From assembly GCA_002437665.1 (NCBI GenBank), contig DJQW01000001.1, forward strand, positions 65,304 to 129,303: DNA of 64,000 bases, given 5' to 3'. The stretch comes from Alphaproteobacteria bacterium UBA6376 (GTDB taxonomy: Bacteria; Pseudomonadota; Alphaproteobacteria; Rs-D84). Made by a program: the position numbers and the translations under genes. Under the pieces are notes generated by a model. The model saw only the letters and a list, made by a program, of their open reading frames with translations, was not told where the DNA came from and did not search any database. Below, piece by piece: positions 47,072-58,337 of this stretch (position 1 is its first letter; the number at the start of each line of letters is the position of its first letter).

Positions 47072-49084
47072 TTACTCCACCAATAACAGGTCGTCTTCCA
47101 GTTTATGAATCTGGTCGCGCAATTCGGCCGCGTCTTCAAATTCCAGATTCTCGGCCGCGGTGCGCATCTTTTTGGTCAAATCCTTTATCTGCTTGCGGAT
47201 GCTATCTGCGTCCATAACACCGCCCGATTTATCATACACAAAACGACGCGCCTTGTCTGTCTTGTCTGTTTTTTCACCAACCTCTGCAAATACGGCCTTG
47301 GACACGGTTGTTGGCGTAATGCCATGCGCCGCGTTATACGCCATTTGCTTTTCACGACGACGCGCGGTTTCTGTCAATGCCGCATTCATAGAATCCGTCA
47401 TAACATCGGCATACAGAATCACACGCCCTTTTGCATTACGTGCCGCACGACCAATGGTCTGAATCAGCGAACGCGTCGAACGCAAGAAACCTTCTTTGTC
47501 CGCGTCCATAATCGCGACCAATTCGCATTCTGGCACATCCAACCCTTCGCGCAACAAATTGATACCAACCAAGACATCATATTTACCTAAACGCAAATCA
47601 CGTAACAGTTCAATGCGTTCCAGCGTTTCAATATCACTGTGCAGATACTTTGCCCGAACACCATTTTCATTCAGGTAATCGGTCAACTGTTCCGCCATCT
47701 TTTTGGTCAGTGTTGTAACCAATACGCGACCAGACGTTTTCTTGATTTGCGCCAACAAATCATCAACCTGATTTTCCGTTGGACGCACGTCACATTCCGG
47801 ATCAAGTAATCCGGTTGGACGAATAACCTGCTCTGCCACAATGCCACCCGCCTGTGTCATTTCCCATTCGGCGGGCGTTGCCGATACAAATATAGTTTGC
47901 GGACGCAACGCATCCCATTCATCAAATGTCAGCGGTCTGTTATCAATACACGCCGGCAGGCGGAATCCATACTGTGACAGCGTTTCCTTGCGCGCACGGT
48001 CACCACGTGACATCGCCGAAATTTGCGGTACTGTAACATGGCTTTCATCAATAAATAAAATCGCATCGCGTGGCAGGTATTCAAACAATGTCGGTGGTGG
48101 CATACCCGCCGCACGTCCCGACAGATACCGCGAATAATTTTCAATCCCGCGACACGTCCCCGTTGATTCCATCATTTCAATATCAAAATTCACACGTTCG
48201 CGCAGACGTTGTTCCTCTATATACTTCATATTTTCATGAAAGTATTTCAAGCGTTCTTCCAAATCAGTTCTGATTTGACCGATTGCCTGTAAAACACTGG
48301 GCATTGGCGTTGCATAGTGCGTATTTGGGTAAATCGCAATTCTGTCCAACTTTTGCAACTTTGCCCCCGTCAAGGTGTCAAATTCCCAAATCTCTTCGAT
48401 TTCGTCGCCCCAGAACGACAGTTTCCACGCCCTGTCCTGTGAATGTGATGGGAATACGTCCAGCGTATCGCCACGCACACGAAAATCGCCGCGCTCAAAC
48501 GCCATATCATTACGCTTGTACTGAATATCAACCAGCGCATGCATCACATCATTTTGACCAATTTTATCACCCGCATGCAGAACCAGTTTCATACCCGAAT
48601 ACTGTTCCGGTGACCCCATACCATAAATAGATGACACGGACGATACGACGATAACATCGCGTTCTTCCAACATGGCGCGCGTCGCACTGTGGCGCATACG
48701 ATCCAACTGTTCATTGATGGACGCGTCCTTGTCAATGTATGTGTCGGTGGTGGGCATATACGCCTCTGGCTGGTAATAATCATAGTACGACACAAAGTAT
48801 TCAACGTGGTTGTGCGGGAAAAACGATTTCATTTCCGTGTACAACTGGGCCGCCAAGATTTTATTTGGTGCCATAATCAACGCCGGCCGCGACAGTTCTG
48901 CAATCACATTCGCCATTGTGAATGTTTTCCCAGACCCCGTCACCCCCAGCAAAACCTGACTGCGTCGGCCATCACGAACACCCGCCACCAAATCAGAAAT
49001 GGCGGCCGGCTGGTCACCCATTGGGGCGTAATTACTTTCCAGTGAAAATATGCTTTTTTTGTTCACACTATTATTGTAATTCAT
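47072..49084 (-). CDS. uvrB: excinuclease ABC subunit B
   Basis: [20 protein letters not shown] and helicase motifs through the C-terminal UvrB/UvrC interaction domain. Start refined to MNYNNSV. Confidence 0.95.
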   Translation of the reverse strand: MNYNNSVNKKSIFSLESNYAPMGDQPAAISDLVAGVRDGRRSQVLLGVTGSGKTFTMANVIAELSRPALIMAPNKILAAQLYTEMKSFFPHNHVEYFVSYYDYYQPEAYMPTTDTYIDKDASINEQLDRMRHSATRAMLEERDVIVVSSVSSIYGMGSPEQYSGMKLVLHAGDKIGQNDVMHALVDIQYKRNDMAFERGDFRVRGDTLDVFPSHSQDRAWKLSFWGDEIEEIWEFDTLTGAKLQKLDRIAIYPNTHYATPMPSVLQAIGQIRTDLEERLKYFHENMKYIEEQRLRERVNFDIEMMESTGTCRGIENYSRYLSGRAAGMPPPTLFEYLPRDAILFIDESHVTVPQISAMSRGDRARKETLSQYGFRLPACIDNRPLTFDEWDALRPQTIFVSATPAEWEMTQAGGIVAEQVIRPTGLLDPECDVRPTENQVDDLLAQIKKTSGRVLVTTLTKKMAEQLTDYLNENGVRAKYLHSDIETLERIELLRDLRLGKYDVLVGINLLREGLDVPECELVAIMDADKEGFLRSTRSLIQTIGRAARNAKGRVILYADVMTDSMNAALTETARRREKQMAYNAAHGITPTTVSKAVFAEVGEKTDKTDKARRFVYDKSGGVMDADSIRKQIKDLTKKMRTAAENLEFEDAAELRDQIHKLEDDLLLVE

Positions 49085-49112
49085 TATAATCAAATTACAA
49101 GGACAGAAGAGA

Positions 49113-51587
49113 ATGGCATTAAAACCCAGATACAAGCGCAGAATAATATGGTCTGTGGTGGCGATTGTTGCCACCGCGATTGTGGCATTGGTCATAATTC
49201 CACCAATGATTACACTGGACAGTATGCGCGGCAAAATCGAACAGGCGATTGAAACCCAGACCGGAATCACCGCCCAAATAAACGGCAATGTGCATTTCAG
49301 TTTGCTGGGACGCGCCACAATCGTTGCGCATAATGTTGTTATTCCAAACGGTCATATTGACGCGGTAATGTTTTCAGTGCCATTGACACATATTTTCAAT
49401 CTGGCGGATGCGCCATTGTCCAATCGCATCATTGTTGGTGGCGCAGAATTGGAAATCAGTTCGTTGGACGCACCTGATTTTGCACATGCGGTTGACATAT
49501 ACGATTCCAACGTAAAATTCCATGGCAAAAACTATGAAATTCAGCGGGCACGTTTTACCGATGGTAAACTGAACGGCACGGTTCGCACGCGCGATCACAA
49601 ATACGATGTAGAATTTGAAAACGACGAATTTATAATCCGCAATTACAATAATAATTTGGAAATCACGGGGCAACTGTTTTCGGACGGAACGGCGCGTGGC
49701 CACTTGGACATTGAAACCGCAAACGTCAATGAATGGTTTGAATTTCGTACACCGCGCATTGACCGCGAAATAAAACTGAGTATGGATTTCAGTTGGGACG
49801 GCGGTTACGGTTTTGAATTTACAAATATTGAATCTGATAATTTTTCAGGCAGTATAAAATTATCACCCGATGGTAATCGGGACATTCACCTGCGCGCCAC
49901 TGACCTAGATTATGATTTTTCATTCTTGATGAATCCATCACGCCTGTATGCACGCACAACATTTGATTTGGATTTATACGGCAAACTAAAAATCGGCGGA
50001 CGCACTTTCCAGCATTTACGTCTGGACGCAATCGGCACACATGATTTAATCCAGATATCGACAATCATCGCCGACAATATCGCAATCACCGGTGGCACGA
50101 TTGATGCAAATGGTGCGCACGATATCTTGATAAATATGCCGGTCGATGGTGTACAAACAATGTGCCTGTTTTCGGGCACACCGGACAAATGGACATGCAA
50201 CAAATTTGCATACGGCAATATCGGTGGCAGTGTTGCGGTTGATCAGGATTCTTTTAACGCATTTATGTCCGCCGACGAAAATATGCCCGATGCAGACAAA
50301 TTGATTCGTGCGGCGCGCCGTTTGGGCACACGTGGTGCGTTAAATTTCAGGTTCAAAAACATCGCCGGCACATTTGATATTGACGGCGATCGGGTAAATT
50401 CATCATACACATTTGCGCAAAATAAAAACCTGCGTTGGGCAATGCCAACGTTCAAATACCTGCCTGATTTTATGCTGGACGCGGCGGGCGATTTCACATG
50501 GAATGGCGCAATCATGAAATTTACGCCATACAATAAAAAATGGAATATCACGGTTGCAAAAAATCAGTTCTATTTATCAGGCAAAAGTTTCAAAGAATTA
50601 TTACCAGATGTAAACCTGCAATCTGTAAATGATTTTGAATATACAATATCCGGAACATTTAATGACCGCAATATATCTAATCTGGAATTGCAAATTGCGG
50701 GTCACACATTTACTGGCACGGCCAGTGGGCGTAACATAACCCTGCGCACAGACGCGTTAAACATCGATGCATTCGCGAACCAATATTATATTGATAATTA
50801 CGACGAACTGGAATTTTTGGGGCCGTCCCCTTTGACCGTGCCATTTACGTTACCTGTGAATATTTCGCTGTCCGCAGATACAGTAATTTATAACGGCACA
50901 GAATATAAAAACTTTGTCTATGCCTTGAAACCAAATACGCAAATATTGTCCATCACAGACCGTGCGCGTGGCAACCTGTTGGCAACAATTTCGCGCACCG
51001 ACAATCGGTACGACATATCGGCCCAGTTAAATCGTTTTGTGATTGATGGGTATTTATTGTCGGGACGTATGCCAATAAATATTCGCGATTCTGTGATTAC
51101 CGCCGATATCAATATGAAAACCCACGGCATAATTGCACATGACATATTCTATAACTTGGCGGGTGATATTGATATGATTGTCGATGGCGGTTATCTGGTC
51201 GGATTGGGATTTGATAATTTTTACGCCAGCGCAAATCAAATCACATCGTTCAATGCCGAATACGCATTGGCAGATGCACTGACCAGTGGCGAAACAAAAA
51301 TCAAGAATATGCACATTATCGGTAAATACGATAATGGCGGATTTATTACGTCGAGGCCCCTGACATTGCAAATGCGCCACGTTGATGCGTATGGTGAATT
51401 TGATGTTGATAATGGCAATATGACGGTTATGCTGAATATGGTGCTGCGCGGCACATCGCCCACGCCCGCACCGGTGCGCCTGACCATTGCGCCTGATGGG
51501 ACACGTAATTATTCACTGACCGATATTATGACGAATTTCGACAGCGGTTTTATGCGCAGTTTTGTAAAAACGCATTCGCAATTCTAG
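49113..51587 (+). CDS. AsmA family outer-membrane biogenesis protein
   Basis: N-terminal TM anchor and the long repetitive beta-rich region typical of AsmA-like proteins. Confidence 0.65.
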   Translation: MALKPRYKRRIIWSVVAIVATAIVALVIIPPMITLDSMRGKIEQAIETQTGITAQINGNVHFSLLGRATIVAHNVVIPNGHIDAVMFSVPLTHIFNLADAPLSNRIIVGGAELEISSLDAPDFAHAVDIYDSNVKFHGKNYEIQRARFTDGKLNGTVRTRDHKYDVEFENDEFIIRNYNNNLEITGQLFSDGTARGHLDIETANVNEWFEFRTPRIDREIKLSMDFSWDGGYGFEFTNIESDNFSGSIKLSPDGNRDIHLRATDLDYDFSFLMNPSRLYARTTFDLDLYGKLKIGGRTFQHLRLDAIGTHDLIQISTIIADNIAITGGTIDANGAHDILINMPVDGVQTMCLFSGTPDKWTCNKFAYGNIGGSVAVDQDSFNAFMSADENMPDADKLIRAARRLGTRGALNFRFKNIAGTFDIDGDRVNSSYTFAQNKNLRWAMPTFKYLPDFMLDAAGDFTWNGAIMKFTPYNKKWNITVAKNQFYLSGKSFKELLPDVNLQSVNDFEYTISGTFNDRNISNLELQIAGHTFTGTASGRNITLRTDALNIDAFANQYYIDNYDELEFLGPSPLTVPFTLPVNISLSADTVIYNGTEYKNFVYALKPNTQILSITDRARGNLLATISRTDNRYDISAQLNRFVIDGYLLSGRMPINIRDSVITADINMKTHGIIAHDIFYNLAGDIDMIVDGGYLVGLGFDNFYASANQITSFNAEYALADALTSGETKIKNMHIIGKYDNGGFITSRPLTLQMRHVDAYGEFDVDNGNMTVMLNMVLRGTSPTPAPVRLTIAPDGTRNYSLTDIMTNFDSGFMRSFVKTHSQF

Positions 51588-51955
51588 TGTAATTGTTCCG
51601 ATATTGCGCGATGCGCAACATCGGACGTAATTATATTTCCGTATTTATCAGACCACAGTTTTCCATTGTCTGTTCTGATACAGTGATATCCACCCGCCAC
51701 CAGTTTAACATTACGTGACGCATGCATCAGTATTTTGTCGCGTCCAATCAAATCTGCATACGGCGCGGAAAATGGGTGTAACAACCAGTTAAACAAACCG
51801 CGCACACGATTGCGTGGCGCATACAGCACCCCACCCCGCAGCACCAAATGACAAACATCATATTTACCATAGTTTTGTTTCAGCACACGTGTCTGATATT
51901 CATTCAAACCCAATACGTATGCTAATTTATCAATATCTGGCTTTGCGCGTGGCAT
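51584..51955 (-). CDS. hypothetical protein
   Basis: 123-aa ORF convergent with the AsmA gene. Confidence 0.35.
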   Translation of the reverse strand: MPRAKPDIDKLAYVLGLNEYQTRVLKQNYGKYDVCHLVLRGGVLYAPRNRVRGLFNWLLHPFSAPYADLIGRDKILMHASRNVKLVAGGYHCIRTDNGKLWSDKYGNIITSDVAHRAISEQLH

Positions 51956-52086
51956 ATTACACCCCTTTGATTACCTGTATATGAATTATACCCGCACTGC
52001 GTCCATATTTTCATAGGTTTGATTTCATATAAAAAAATCAGCCCGCATTACGCGGACTGAATAAACACATAACATATATGTTTTGT

Positions 52087-53859
52087 TTAGTTTTTCTTGC
52101 GAACCTGAATGTGGTCTTCGCGCAGTTGCTGTTCTGTAACCGGCGATGGTGACCCCATCATCAAATCCTGACCACGCTGGTTGGTTGGGAACAACACAAC
52201 CTCGCGCAAATTTGGTTCGCGGCGCATGATTTGTACCAAGCGGTCAATACCAAACGCGCAACCACCGTGCGGTGGCGCACCGTATTGGAACGCGGTGTAC
52301 ATTCCACCAAACTTTTCTTTAACCGTTTCTTCGTCATAGCCGGTAATGTCAAAACATTTAACCATGATTTCTGGGTTAAAGTTACGCAAACCACCACTGC
52401 AAATTTCAGCACCGTTTAACACCATATCAAACTGTGCCGCCTTGATAGACAACGGATCGCGTGTATTTAATTCTTCCAATGTTGCCATCGGGAACGAGAA
52501 TGGATTATGTGTAAACGCGATACCCGTCGGTGATTCTGGGTCTGCTTCAAAGAATGGAAATTCTTCAATCCAGCACAGGCGGAAATCGTTTTCGTCAATC
52601 AATCCCAAATCTTCGCCTAATTTGTTGCGCAGTTTTCCCGCCGCCTTGGCCGCGTTGTCCACCGCATCACATACAAAGAACAATGATGCATTGTCACCCG
52701 CGATTTCATGCAATTTGGCAATGCGCGCTGCGTCCAGTTTCTTGGCAACTGGGCCTTTGGCCTCGCCCGCAAAGACGATATAGCCCAAACCACCCAAGCC
52801 CAATTCTTTGACCGCATAATCGCCCAGTTTATCAAACCAACTGCGCGGTTTGTCGGCGGAATTTGGTGCTGGGATTGCGCGAACAACCGCACCACCTTCA
52901 ATCGCGTTTGCAAAGATACCAAAATCAGACCCGCGGAAAATGTCCGTCACATCTGAAATGATAATAGGGTTACGCAAATCTGGTTTATCAGAACCGTACT
53001 TTAACATCGCTTCGTCAAATGGTATGTGCGGAATTTCTGGACATACATTTGCATTCGGAACAAATTCACGAATGATTGCAGGAATCAGTTCGTTACCCAC
53101 CGCCTGAATATCAGGCAGGTCAACAAACGACATTTCCATATCCAACTGGTAAAATTCCAACAAGCGGTCTGCACGCAAATCTTCGTCACGGAAACATGGC
53201 GCGATTTGGAAATAGCGGTCAAATCCAGAAATCTGAATCAACTGTTTGAACTGTTGCGGTGCTTGTGGCAATGCATAGAACATACCGTGATGATTACGTG
53301 ATGGCACGATAAAGTCACGTGCGCCCTCAGGGCTGGACACGGTCAAAATTGGTGTCTGAAATTCCGAGAATCCCATATTCCACATCTGATCACGCATAAA
53401 TTTAATCATACGGTTGCGGAATAAAATATTTTGGTGCAGTGATTCACGACGCAAATCGATATAGCGATATTTCAAACGTAAATCTTCGGAAACAGTGTCG
53501 TCGTCACCAAACACTTGGAATGGCAAAACATTTGCGTTGGTCAAAACGTTCCACTTTTCCGCCTTGATTTCAATCGCACCGGTTGGGATTTTATCATTGA
53601 CCGCGGACGCATCACGCGCAACAACCGTACCGGTAATCTGAATCACAGATTCCGGACGCACACGTTCCAATGCCTCGTCCCCACCATCAAATACACATTG
53701 GGTAATTCCATAATTATCGCGCAGGTCGATAAACAGCAATGACCCGTGGTCACGCTTGCGATGAACCCAGCCCGACAGAACAACAGATTGCCCAACATTG
53801 GACGCATTCAGTTCGCCACAAGTATGGGTTCTGTACTTTGATTTTAATGATACAACCAT
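52087..53859 (-). CDS. aspS: aspartate--tRNA ligase
   Basis: N-terminal OB-fold region (RTHTCGEL, GWVHRKRDHGSLLFIDLRD) and class II motifs. Confidence 0.95.
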   Translation of the reverse strand: MVVSLKSKYRTHTCGELNASNVGQSVVLSGWVHRKRDHGSLLFIDLRDNYGITQCVFDGGDEALERVRPESVIQITGTVVARDASAVNDKIPTGAIEIKAEKWNVLTNANVLPFQVFGDDDTVSEDLRLKYRYIDLRRESLHQNILFRNRMIKFMRDQMWNMGFSEFQTPILTVSSPEGARDFIVPSRNHHGMFYALPQAPQQFKQLIQISGFDRYFQIAPCFRDEDLRADRLLEFYQLDMEMSFVDLPDIQAVGNELIPAIIREFVPNANVCPEIPHIPFDEAMLKYGSDKPDLRNPIIISDVTDIFRGSDFGIFANAIEGGAVVRAIPAPNSADKPRSWFDKLGDYAVKELGLGGLGYIVFAGEAKGPVAKKLDAARIAKLHEIAGDNASLFFVCDAVDNAAKAAGKLRNKLGEDLGLIDENDFRLCWIEEFPFFEADPESPTGIAFTHNPFSFPMATLEELNTRDPLSIKAAQFDMVLNGAEICSGGLRNFNPEIMVKCFDITGYDEETVKEKFGGMYTAFQYGAPPHGGCAFGIDRLVQIMRREPNLREVVLFPTNQRGQDLMMGSPSPVTEQQLREDHIQVRKKN

Positions 53860-54067
53860 TTTGGTCCCTTTTGCTTTGTCATGGACGCCAAAATTTCATC
53901 ATATAAGATTGGATTCGGCACCCAAATGATTTCCACAGGGGCGCGGAATCCGCGCGGTGCCACCCTGATTTATAACTTGTACGTGGGTTATGATTATTCC
54001 GTGGTTGTCAGTCACATCAACACAATCGTCCCCATAAAAAATCAAGCAACAGCGAAACACATCACAA

Positions 54068-54200
54068 ACAAACGCAAAGTAGATGGTGTATTTCGTGAAA
54101 TGTATCAGATACTGCGTATTGTGCAGTTTTTGTGATGGGAGTGTATTAAACATACATGACCTGAACAAAAACAAACAAACGCAAAGTAGATGATATATTT
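54068..54200. repeat. 30-bp direct repeat pair aacaaacaaacgcaaagtagatg(g/a)t(g/a)tatttc, about 100 bp apart, abutting the tRNA-Thr 3' end
   Basis: Copies at about 54068-54099 and 54169-54200. The second ends 1 nt before the tRNA CCA end. Confidence 0.6.
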
Positions 54201-54201
54201 C

Positions 54202-54275
54202 TGGTGCCCTAAGCAAGAATCGGACTTGCGACTCGTCCTTACCAAGGACGTGTTTTACCACTAGACTATTAGGGC
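54202..54275 (-). tRNA. tRNA-Thr (GGT), with non-canonical T-loop (TCCGATT) and one D-stem mismatch
   Basis: Minus-strand read: GCCCTAA-TA-GTCT-AGTGGTA-AAAC-A-CGTCC-TTGGTAA-GGACG-AGTC-GCAAG-TCCGATT-CTTGC-TTAGGGC-A-CCA. Confidence 0.55.
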
Positions 54276-54334
54276 AATTTTACCATTGCCCCGCAATTAT
54301 ACGGTATTGCGCCTAAAAATCAAGAACAAATACG

Positions 54335-54369
54335 TAAAATAAAAAACACCGGCATTTACCGGTGTTTTC
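54335..54369. terminator. terminator downstream of the 54373-54966 gene
   Basis: acaccggcatttaccggtgt hairpin flanked by A and T runs. It differs from the hairpin at 20484 by a single base. Confidence 0.55.
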
Positions 54370-54372
54370 TCG

Positions 54373-54966
54373 TTATTCCAAACAACAATTTACAGCATTT
54401 TTTACCCAGTTTTTCAGGCGCGACATTGTACCTGTGCCGCCCGCGTCCGTGGCAACCATTGTGGCTGGCGCGGTTGCGCTTTTTGATGCGACATCCGCGG
54501 TAATTGGGCATTGCTTTTTTTCTGGCTGGGCCTTGACGTATTTTACATCACCACCAATCATACCCATATTTAATCCCCAGAACATGCAATACAGTCCATA
54601 CGATTCATCAAACAGTTCATTTGCCTGCGTGGTATCACCCGCTGATTGGGCCTTTGTGCCAACCTCAAACAAACGCATGGCGGCCGCCAACAGATGTTTT
54701 GATATACACCAAACCTCGCCCTCGTACGATGGAATAATTTTTTGCATCATACGTTTACGTAAATCACGCACATCGTTTATCATATCGTAAAATTCGTGTT
54801 TGCCCGTTTTCGCACCCGAAAACATCAAATGCTCTTCGATTGAAATCAGATTCATAATGCCGATTGATAAATCCTGATCAGACGACAAATCTTTTGGATT
54901 TACCTTTTTCGCGGCATCCATTTTTTCAACGTATTCTTTGACACTCTTGATTTTTTCCATTGCCAT
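54373..54966 (-). CDS. hypothetical protein
   Basis: 197-aa ORF with a C-terminal CC motif. Confidence 0.4.
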   Translation of the reverse strand: MAMEKIKSVKEYVEKMDAAKKVNPKDLSSDQDLSIGIMNLISIEEHLMFSGAKTGKHEFYDMINDVRDLRKRMMQKIIPSYEGEVWCISKHLLAAAMRLFEVGTKAQSAGDTTQANELFDESYGLYCMFWGLNMGMIGGDVKYVKAQPEKKQCPITADVASKSATAPATMVATDAGGTGTMSRLKNWVKNAVNCCLE

Positions 54967-54996
54967 TGTTTTTCTCCTTTGTTTTTTGTCTTATTT

Positions 54997-55497
54997 TTAT
55001 AAACATGCCACCATCACCCAACTGACCAATGCCAGCGCGATAACAGGCAACACAACCTTTTCAAATGGGAAATGTGCGTGACCACCATTGCGCACTTTCA
55101 TAAAATCGTACAATTTTTCAGTCACTATAAATATCGCCGCCCCACACAATGTGCCAAATAAAACAGGGTCGGCACGAAACATACCGCAAATCCACACAGG
55201 ATTATATTTAACAGTCCCTAAATACGCAAATCCGATTGTCGAAACAGACAATACCATCAACATAAAATTTCGTCCCCACCAATTCCAACCACGCATATCA
55301 AAAAACTTTATTGTCCAATACCCCAACAACGCCAACATTGCCCCAGCCCACAGGCCAACAACACTGTCTGGAACACCAATATGTCGCGCAACTTCCAGTG
55401 ATGCGCCGATTGCAACCGTGCACACCGGACACGCCGGATTTGCAAATGCAGATACCGGCAATAACACTCCCATCAATAACCCAAACATTTTTTTCAT
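54997..55497 (-). CDS. membrane protein with N-terminal CPVC motif (hypothetical)
   Basis: Signal/TM region followed by NPACPVCT. About 4 TM helices. Confidence 0.45.
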   Translation of the reverse strand: MKKMFGLLMGVLLPVSAFANPACPVCTVAIGASLEVARHIGVPDSVVGLWAGAMLALLGYWTIKFFDMRGWNWWGRNFMLMVLSVSTIGFAYLGTVKYNPVWICGMFRADPVLFGTLCGAAIFIVTEKLYDFMKVRNGGHAHFPFEKVVLPVIALALVSWVMVACL

Positions 55498-55623
55498 ACC
55501 CTTTACTCCTTTTATATATCAATTTCAATACATATTATAATTCATATCTATTAAAAAGTCAAATTATTTATTTGCCGCGACAAAAAATCTTTGCTATTGT
55601 TCAAATATCAACAGGATACAAAT

Positions 55624-56277
55624 ATGACAGAACCAAAATTATCATCACAAATACCACCAGAAATTATGCGTCGCGCCGCGCGTGCTTTGACATATGTTGG
55701 CCACCCGCTGCGCCTGCGCATATTGGAATTTTTAGATGTTTTTGGCGCATCATCTGTATCGGCAATCGCACACGGTCTGGACACAGAACAGGTTATAATT
55801 TCCCAGCATCTGCGCAAAATGCGCGATGCGCATTTAGTTCAAACAACACGCCGTGGGATTTTTATTTATTACGAAATATGCACCGAATACCCCGCCAGTA
55901 TATTTGTGTGTCTGCGCAAATTATACGGACACATGACCGACAACCTGCAATTTTTGCGCCGCGGTTTTCGTGAAATTTTGCCAACCGATTACACAACAAT
56001 GGCGGCAAACAGAATCAAACTGTTTGCAAATTATGACAAAATGCGCATTCTGGAATACCTGACGTGGCGTGGGGAATCGTGCGTGTCTGATATCGTTCGC
56101 GGTACGGAAATCCCCCAGATAAAGGTATCCCAGTACCTAAAAAAAATGTCCGATGATGATTTTGTTGCATCACGCCGCGATGGCCGGCATATATATTACA
56201 GAATTACCGCCGGCGTACATCAAACAACAATACGCTGTATCCACCGCCGCTATGATTTGGTTGGTAATGATTTTTGA
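55624..56277 (+). CDS. tandem ArsR/SmtB-family winged-helix transcriptional regulator
   Basis: Two HTH_20-like segments: LRLRILEFLDVFGASSVSAIAHGLDTEQVIISQHLRKM and MRILEYLTWRGESCVSDIVRGTEIPQIKVSQYLKKM. Confidence 0.7.
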   Translation: MTEPKLSSQIPPEIMRRAARALTYVGHPLRLRILEFLDVFGASSVSAIAHGLDTEQVIISQHLRKMRDAHLVQTTRRGIFIYYEICTEYPASIFVCLRKLYGHMTDNLQFLRRGFREILPTDYTTMAANRIKLFANYDKMRILEYLTWRGESCVSDIVRGTEIPQIKVSQYLKKMSDDDFVASRRDGRHIYYRITAGVHQTTIRCIHRRYDLVGNDF

Positions 56278-56331
56278 TAGAATATAGATACAGCGAGAGA
56301 GGGAATTCATTTCACGCATGCATGTGTAAAG

Positions 56332-56571
56332 TTAAAAATGCTTTTTTATAAATTCACGCCCGCATTGGGACTTCAAGTATTTTTCAAAATCTTTCGCCTT
56401 TTGTTCATCATCTAATGCGAAATAATCTTTGATTTTCCATGGACGATATTTTTCCGTATGACCTGCGTGCTCATTATTATGTTGCATCAGCCGTCTTTTC
56501 AAATCATTGGTATAACCAATATAAAACTTGTCTGGGAAATTTACGCTTTGTAATATGTACACATAATACAT
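56332..56571 (-). CDS. GIY-YIG nuclease family protein (UPF0213-like)
   Basis: MYYVYILQSVNFPDKFYIGYTNDLKRRLMQHN. Start refined to MYYVYIL. Confidence 0.8.
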   Translation of the reverse strand: MYYVYILQSVNFPDKFYIGYTNDLKRRLMQHNNEHAGHTEKYRPWKIKDYFALDDEQKAKDFEKYLKSQCGREFIKKHF

Positions 56572-56611
56572 TATGTTGCCCGTCTTCGTTCGCATTGCTC
56601 ACTTCGTCGTG

Positions 56612-56687
56612 GCATCCGTTTCGCGTGATTAAAATCACATCGCCCCGCCCGATTGTACCAATCGCGACGGAGCGAAGCGAAGACGGA
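56612..56687. repeat. family-C repeat fragment (gcgacggagcgaagcgaagacggat) next to the tRNA-Met 3' end
   Basis: Related to the tandem units at 57573-57676 and to 17757-17785. Confidence 0.55.
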
Positions 56688-56764
56688 TGGTAGCGGGAGA
56701 GGGACTTGAACCCCCGACACGCGGATTATGATTCCGCTGCTCTAACCAGCTGAGCTATCCCGCC
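56688..56764 (-). tRNA. tRNA-Met (CAT); could instead be tRNA-Ile2 read with lysidine
   Basis: Minus-strand read: GGCGGGA-TA-GCTC-AGCTGGTTA-GAGC-A-GCGGA-ATCATAA-TCCGC-GTGTC-GGGGG-TTCAAGT-CCCTC-TCCCGCT-A-CCA. Confidence 0.7.
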
Positions 56765-56913
56765 AACGCCCGCGCATTATAAACATAAAAAAATTAAATG
56801 TCCACAAAATTATACGCGCGCACCGCAATCGGATTTTATTCTGATTGCATAATTATTATATTTTTTAATATTTTGTTTGAAAGGTGGGCTAAAATAGTGT
56901 ATTATACTGCGTC

Positions 56914-57471
56914 ATGAAAAAATTCTTAGCATCTTTATTTTGCACTATTTTTGCAGCAAATGCCGTCGCCGCCGACAACCCATTTTTCGGCAAGTATGAA
57001 AACCAACTGGCATTCCATTTTGGCCAAGGTATCGACAGTGGATTCTTGGTTCCGCCACCAGCGCGCCCCGTGCCGTTCTATATGCTGCATTTCCAGTATT
57101 CCCAGCCGACAACATTCTTTCGCGTGCCGGCACGTCAATCGCTGAATATCGGACAAACACTGGGGTTCGGCAAAAAGTATGGTTGGCATTGGGACAAGTA
57201 CACCATTCCAATGGTATTTATCAGCGAAGATGTCGTTCTGCTCCATGGCCGTCGGTGGTACTATGCCAACGGCGCGGGCGTCGGATTACAGGCACAACAA
57301 AATGAACGTCTGGGCGCAAAGTTATTATTCCAGTGGAAAATGATTGGCGGGTACAAGGTAAACGACCGCATGAATGTTGAATTATTTATGCAGCATTTTT
57401 CCAATGCCAACACCGCGCGCGAAAATTATTCGTACGCATTTTACGGTCTGGGATTTACATATAATTTCTAA
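56914..57471 (+). CDS. lipid A 3-O-deacylase (PagL)-like outer-membrane acyloxyacyl hydrolase
   Basis: Signal peptide. Small beta-barrel ending ...GLGFTYNF. HFSNA motif typical of PagL-family His-Ser hydrolases. Confidence 0.55.
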   Translation: MKKFLASLFCTIFAANAVAADNPFFGKYENQLAFHFGQGIDSGFLVPPPARPVPFYMLHFQYSQPTTFFRVPARQSLNIGQTLGFGKKYGWHWDKYTIPMVFISEDVVLLHGRRWYYANGAGVGLQAQQNERLGAKLLFQWKMIGGYKVNDRMNVELFMQHFSNANTARENYSYAFYGLGFTYNF

Positions 57472-57477
57472 TAATTC

Positions 57478-57676
57478 TAGCTCTTTTGTCATTGCGAGTG
57501 CAACGAAGCAATCCAGTAAATTAAACATGTCCGCCAATGGCGGACACAAAATTTGAACTTTGAACTCTGTACTTTGAACTTTTTATCGAGACGCAGCCGC
57601 AGCGGAGACGGATTTATCACGACGGAGCGTCAGCGAAGACGGATTTATCACGACGGAGCGTCAGCGAAGACGGATT
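57478..57676. repeat. composite repeat block: family B (tgtcattgcgagtgcaacgaagcaatccagtaaat + tgtccgccaatggcggaca), family A (ttgaactttgaactctgtactttgaacttt), then tandem 31-bp family C units
   Basis: ttatcacgacggagcgtcagcgaagacggat occurs twice in tandem plus a partial third copy that ends at the ung stop codon. Confidence 0.75.
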
Positions 57677-58337
57677 ACCACTCTATTGGTGTTTTTCCAT
57701 GCTGAACCAGATATTCGTTCGCGCGTGAAAAATGATGATTGCCAAAGAACCCACGATGCGCCGACAGTGGTGATGGATGCACCGATTTCAATATCAGATT
57801 GCGTGATGGATCAACAAATTCTGCCTTGCGTTGGGCATATGACCCCCACAGCATATAAACAATATTATCACGTGACGCCACCGCACGAATAACCGCATCG
57901 GTAAATTGTTCCCATCCGCGCCCCGCATGCGATGCCGCCCGATGTGCCGCCACCGTCAGCGTAGAATTTAACAGCAGCACACCCTGACGCGCCCACGCGG
58001 TTAAATCACCATGCGTTGCACTGGGACGCCCCAAATCAGATTCAATTTCTTTGTAAATATTTATCAAACTGGGTGGTACAGGCGTTGGTGGCAACACCGA
58101 AAAACACAGACCGTGCGCCTGTCCTGGTTCGTGATATGGATCTTGGCCAATAATCACAACCTTGACATCCGGCAGCGGACACAGGTTAAACGCATTGAAT
58201 ATATTTTGTGGTGCGGGGTACACCGCATGTCCCGCCAGATATTCATTACGTACAAAGTCCGTCAGTTTGATAAAATAATCTTTATCAAATTCACCCGCCA
58301 ACGCGTCTTTCCATGACTGTTCAATTTTTACATTCAT
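57675..58337 (-). CDS. ung: uracil-DNA glycosylase
   Basis: [24 protein letters not shown] and [13 protein letters not shown] motifs. Start refined to MNVKIEQSW. Confidence 0.92.
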   Translation of the reverse strand: MNVKIEQSWKDALAGEFDKDYFIKLTDFVRNEYLAGHAVYPAPQNIFNAFNLCPLPDVKVVIIGQDPYHEPGQAHGLCFSVLPPTPVPPSLINIYKEIESDLGRPSATHGDLTAWARQGVLLLNSTLTVAAHRAASHAGRGWEQFTDAVIRAVASRDNIVYMLWGSYAQRKAEFVDPSRNLILKSVHPSPLSAHRGFFGNHHFSRANEYLVQHGKTPIEW

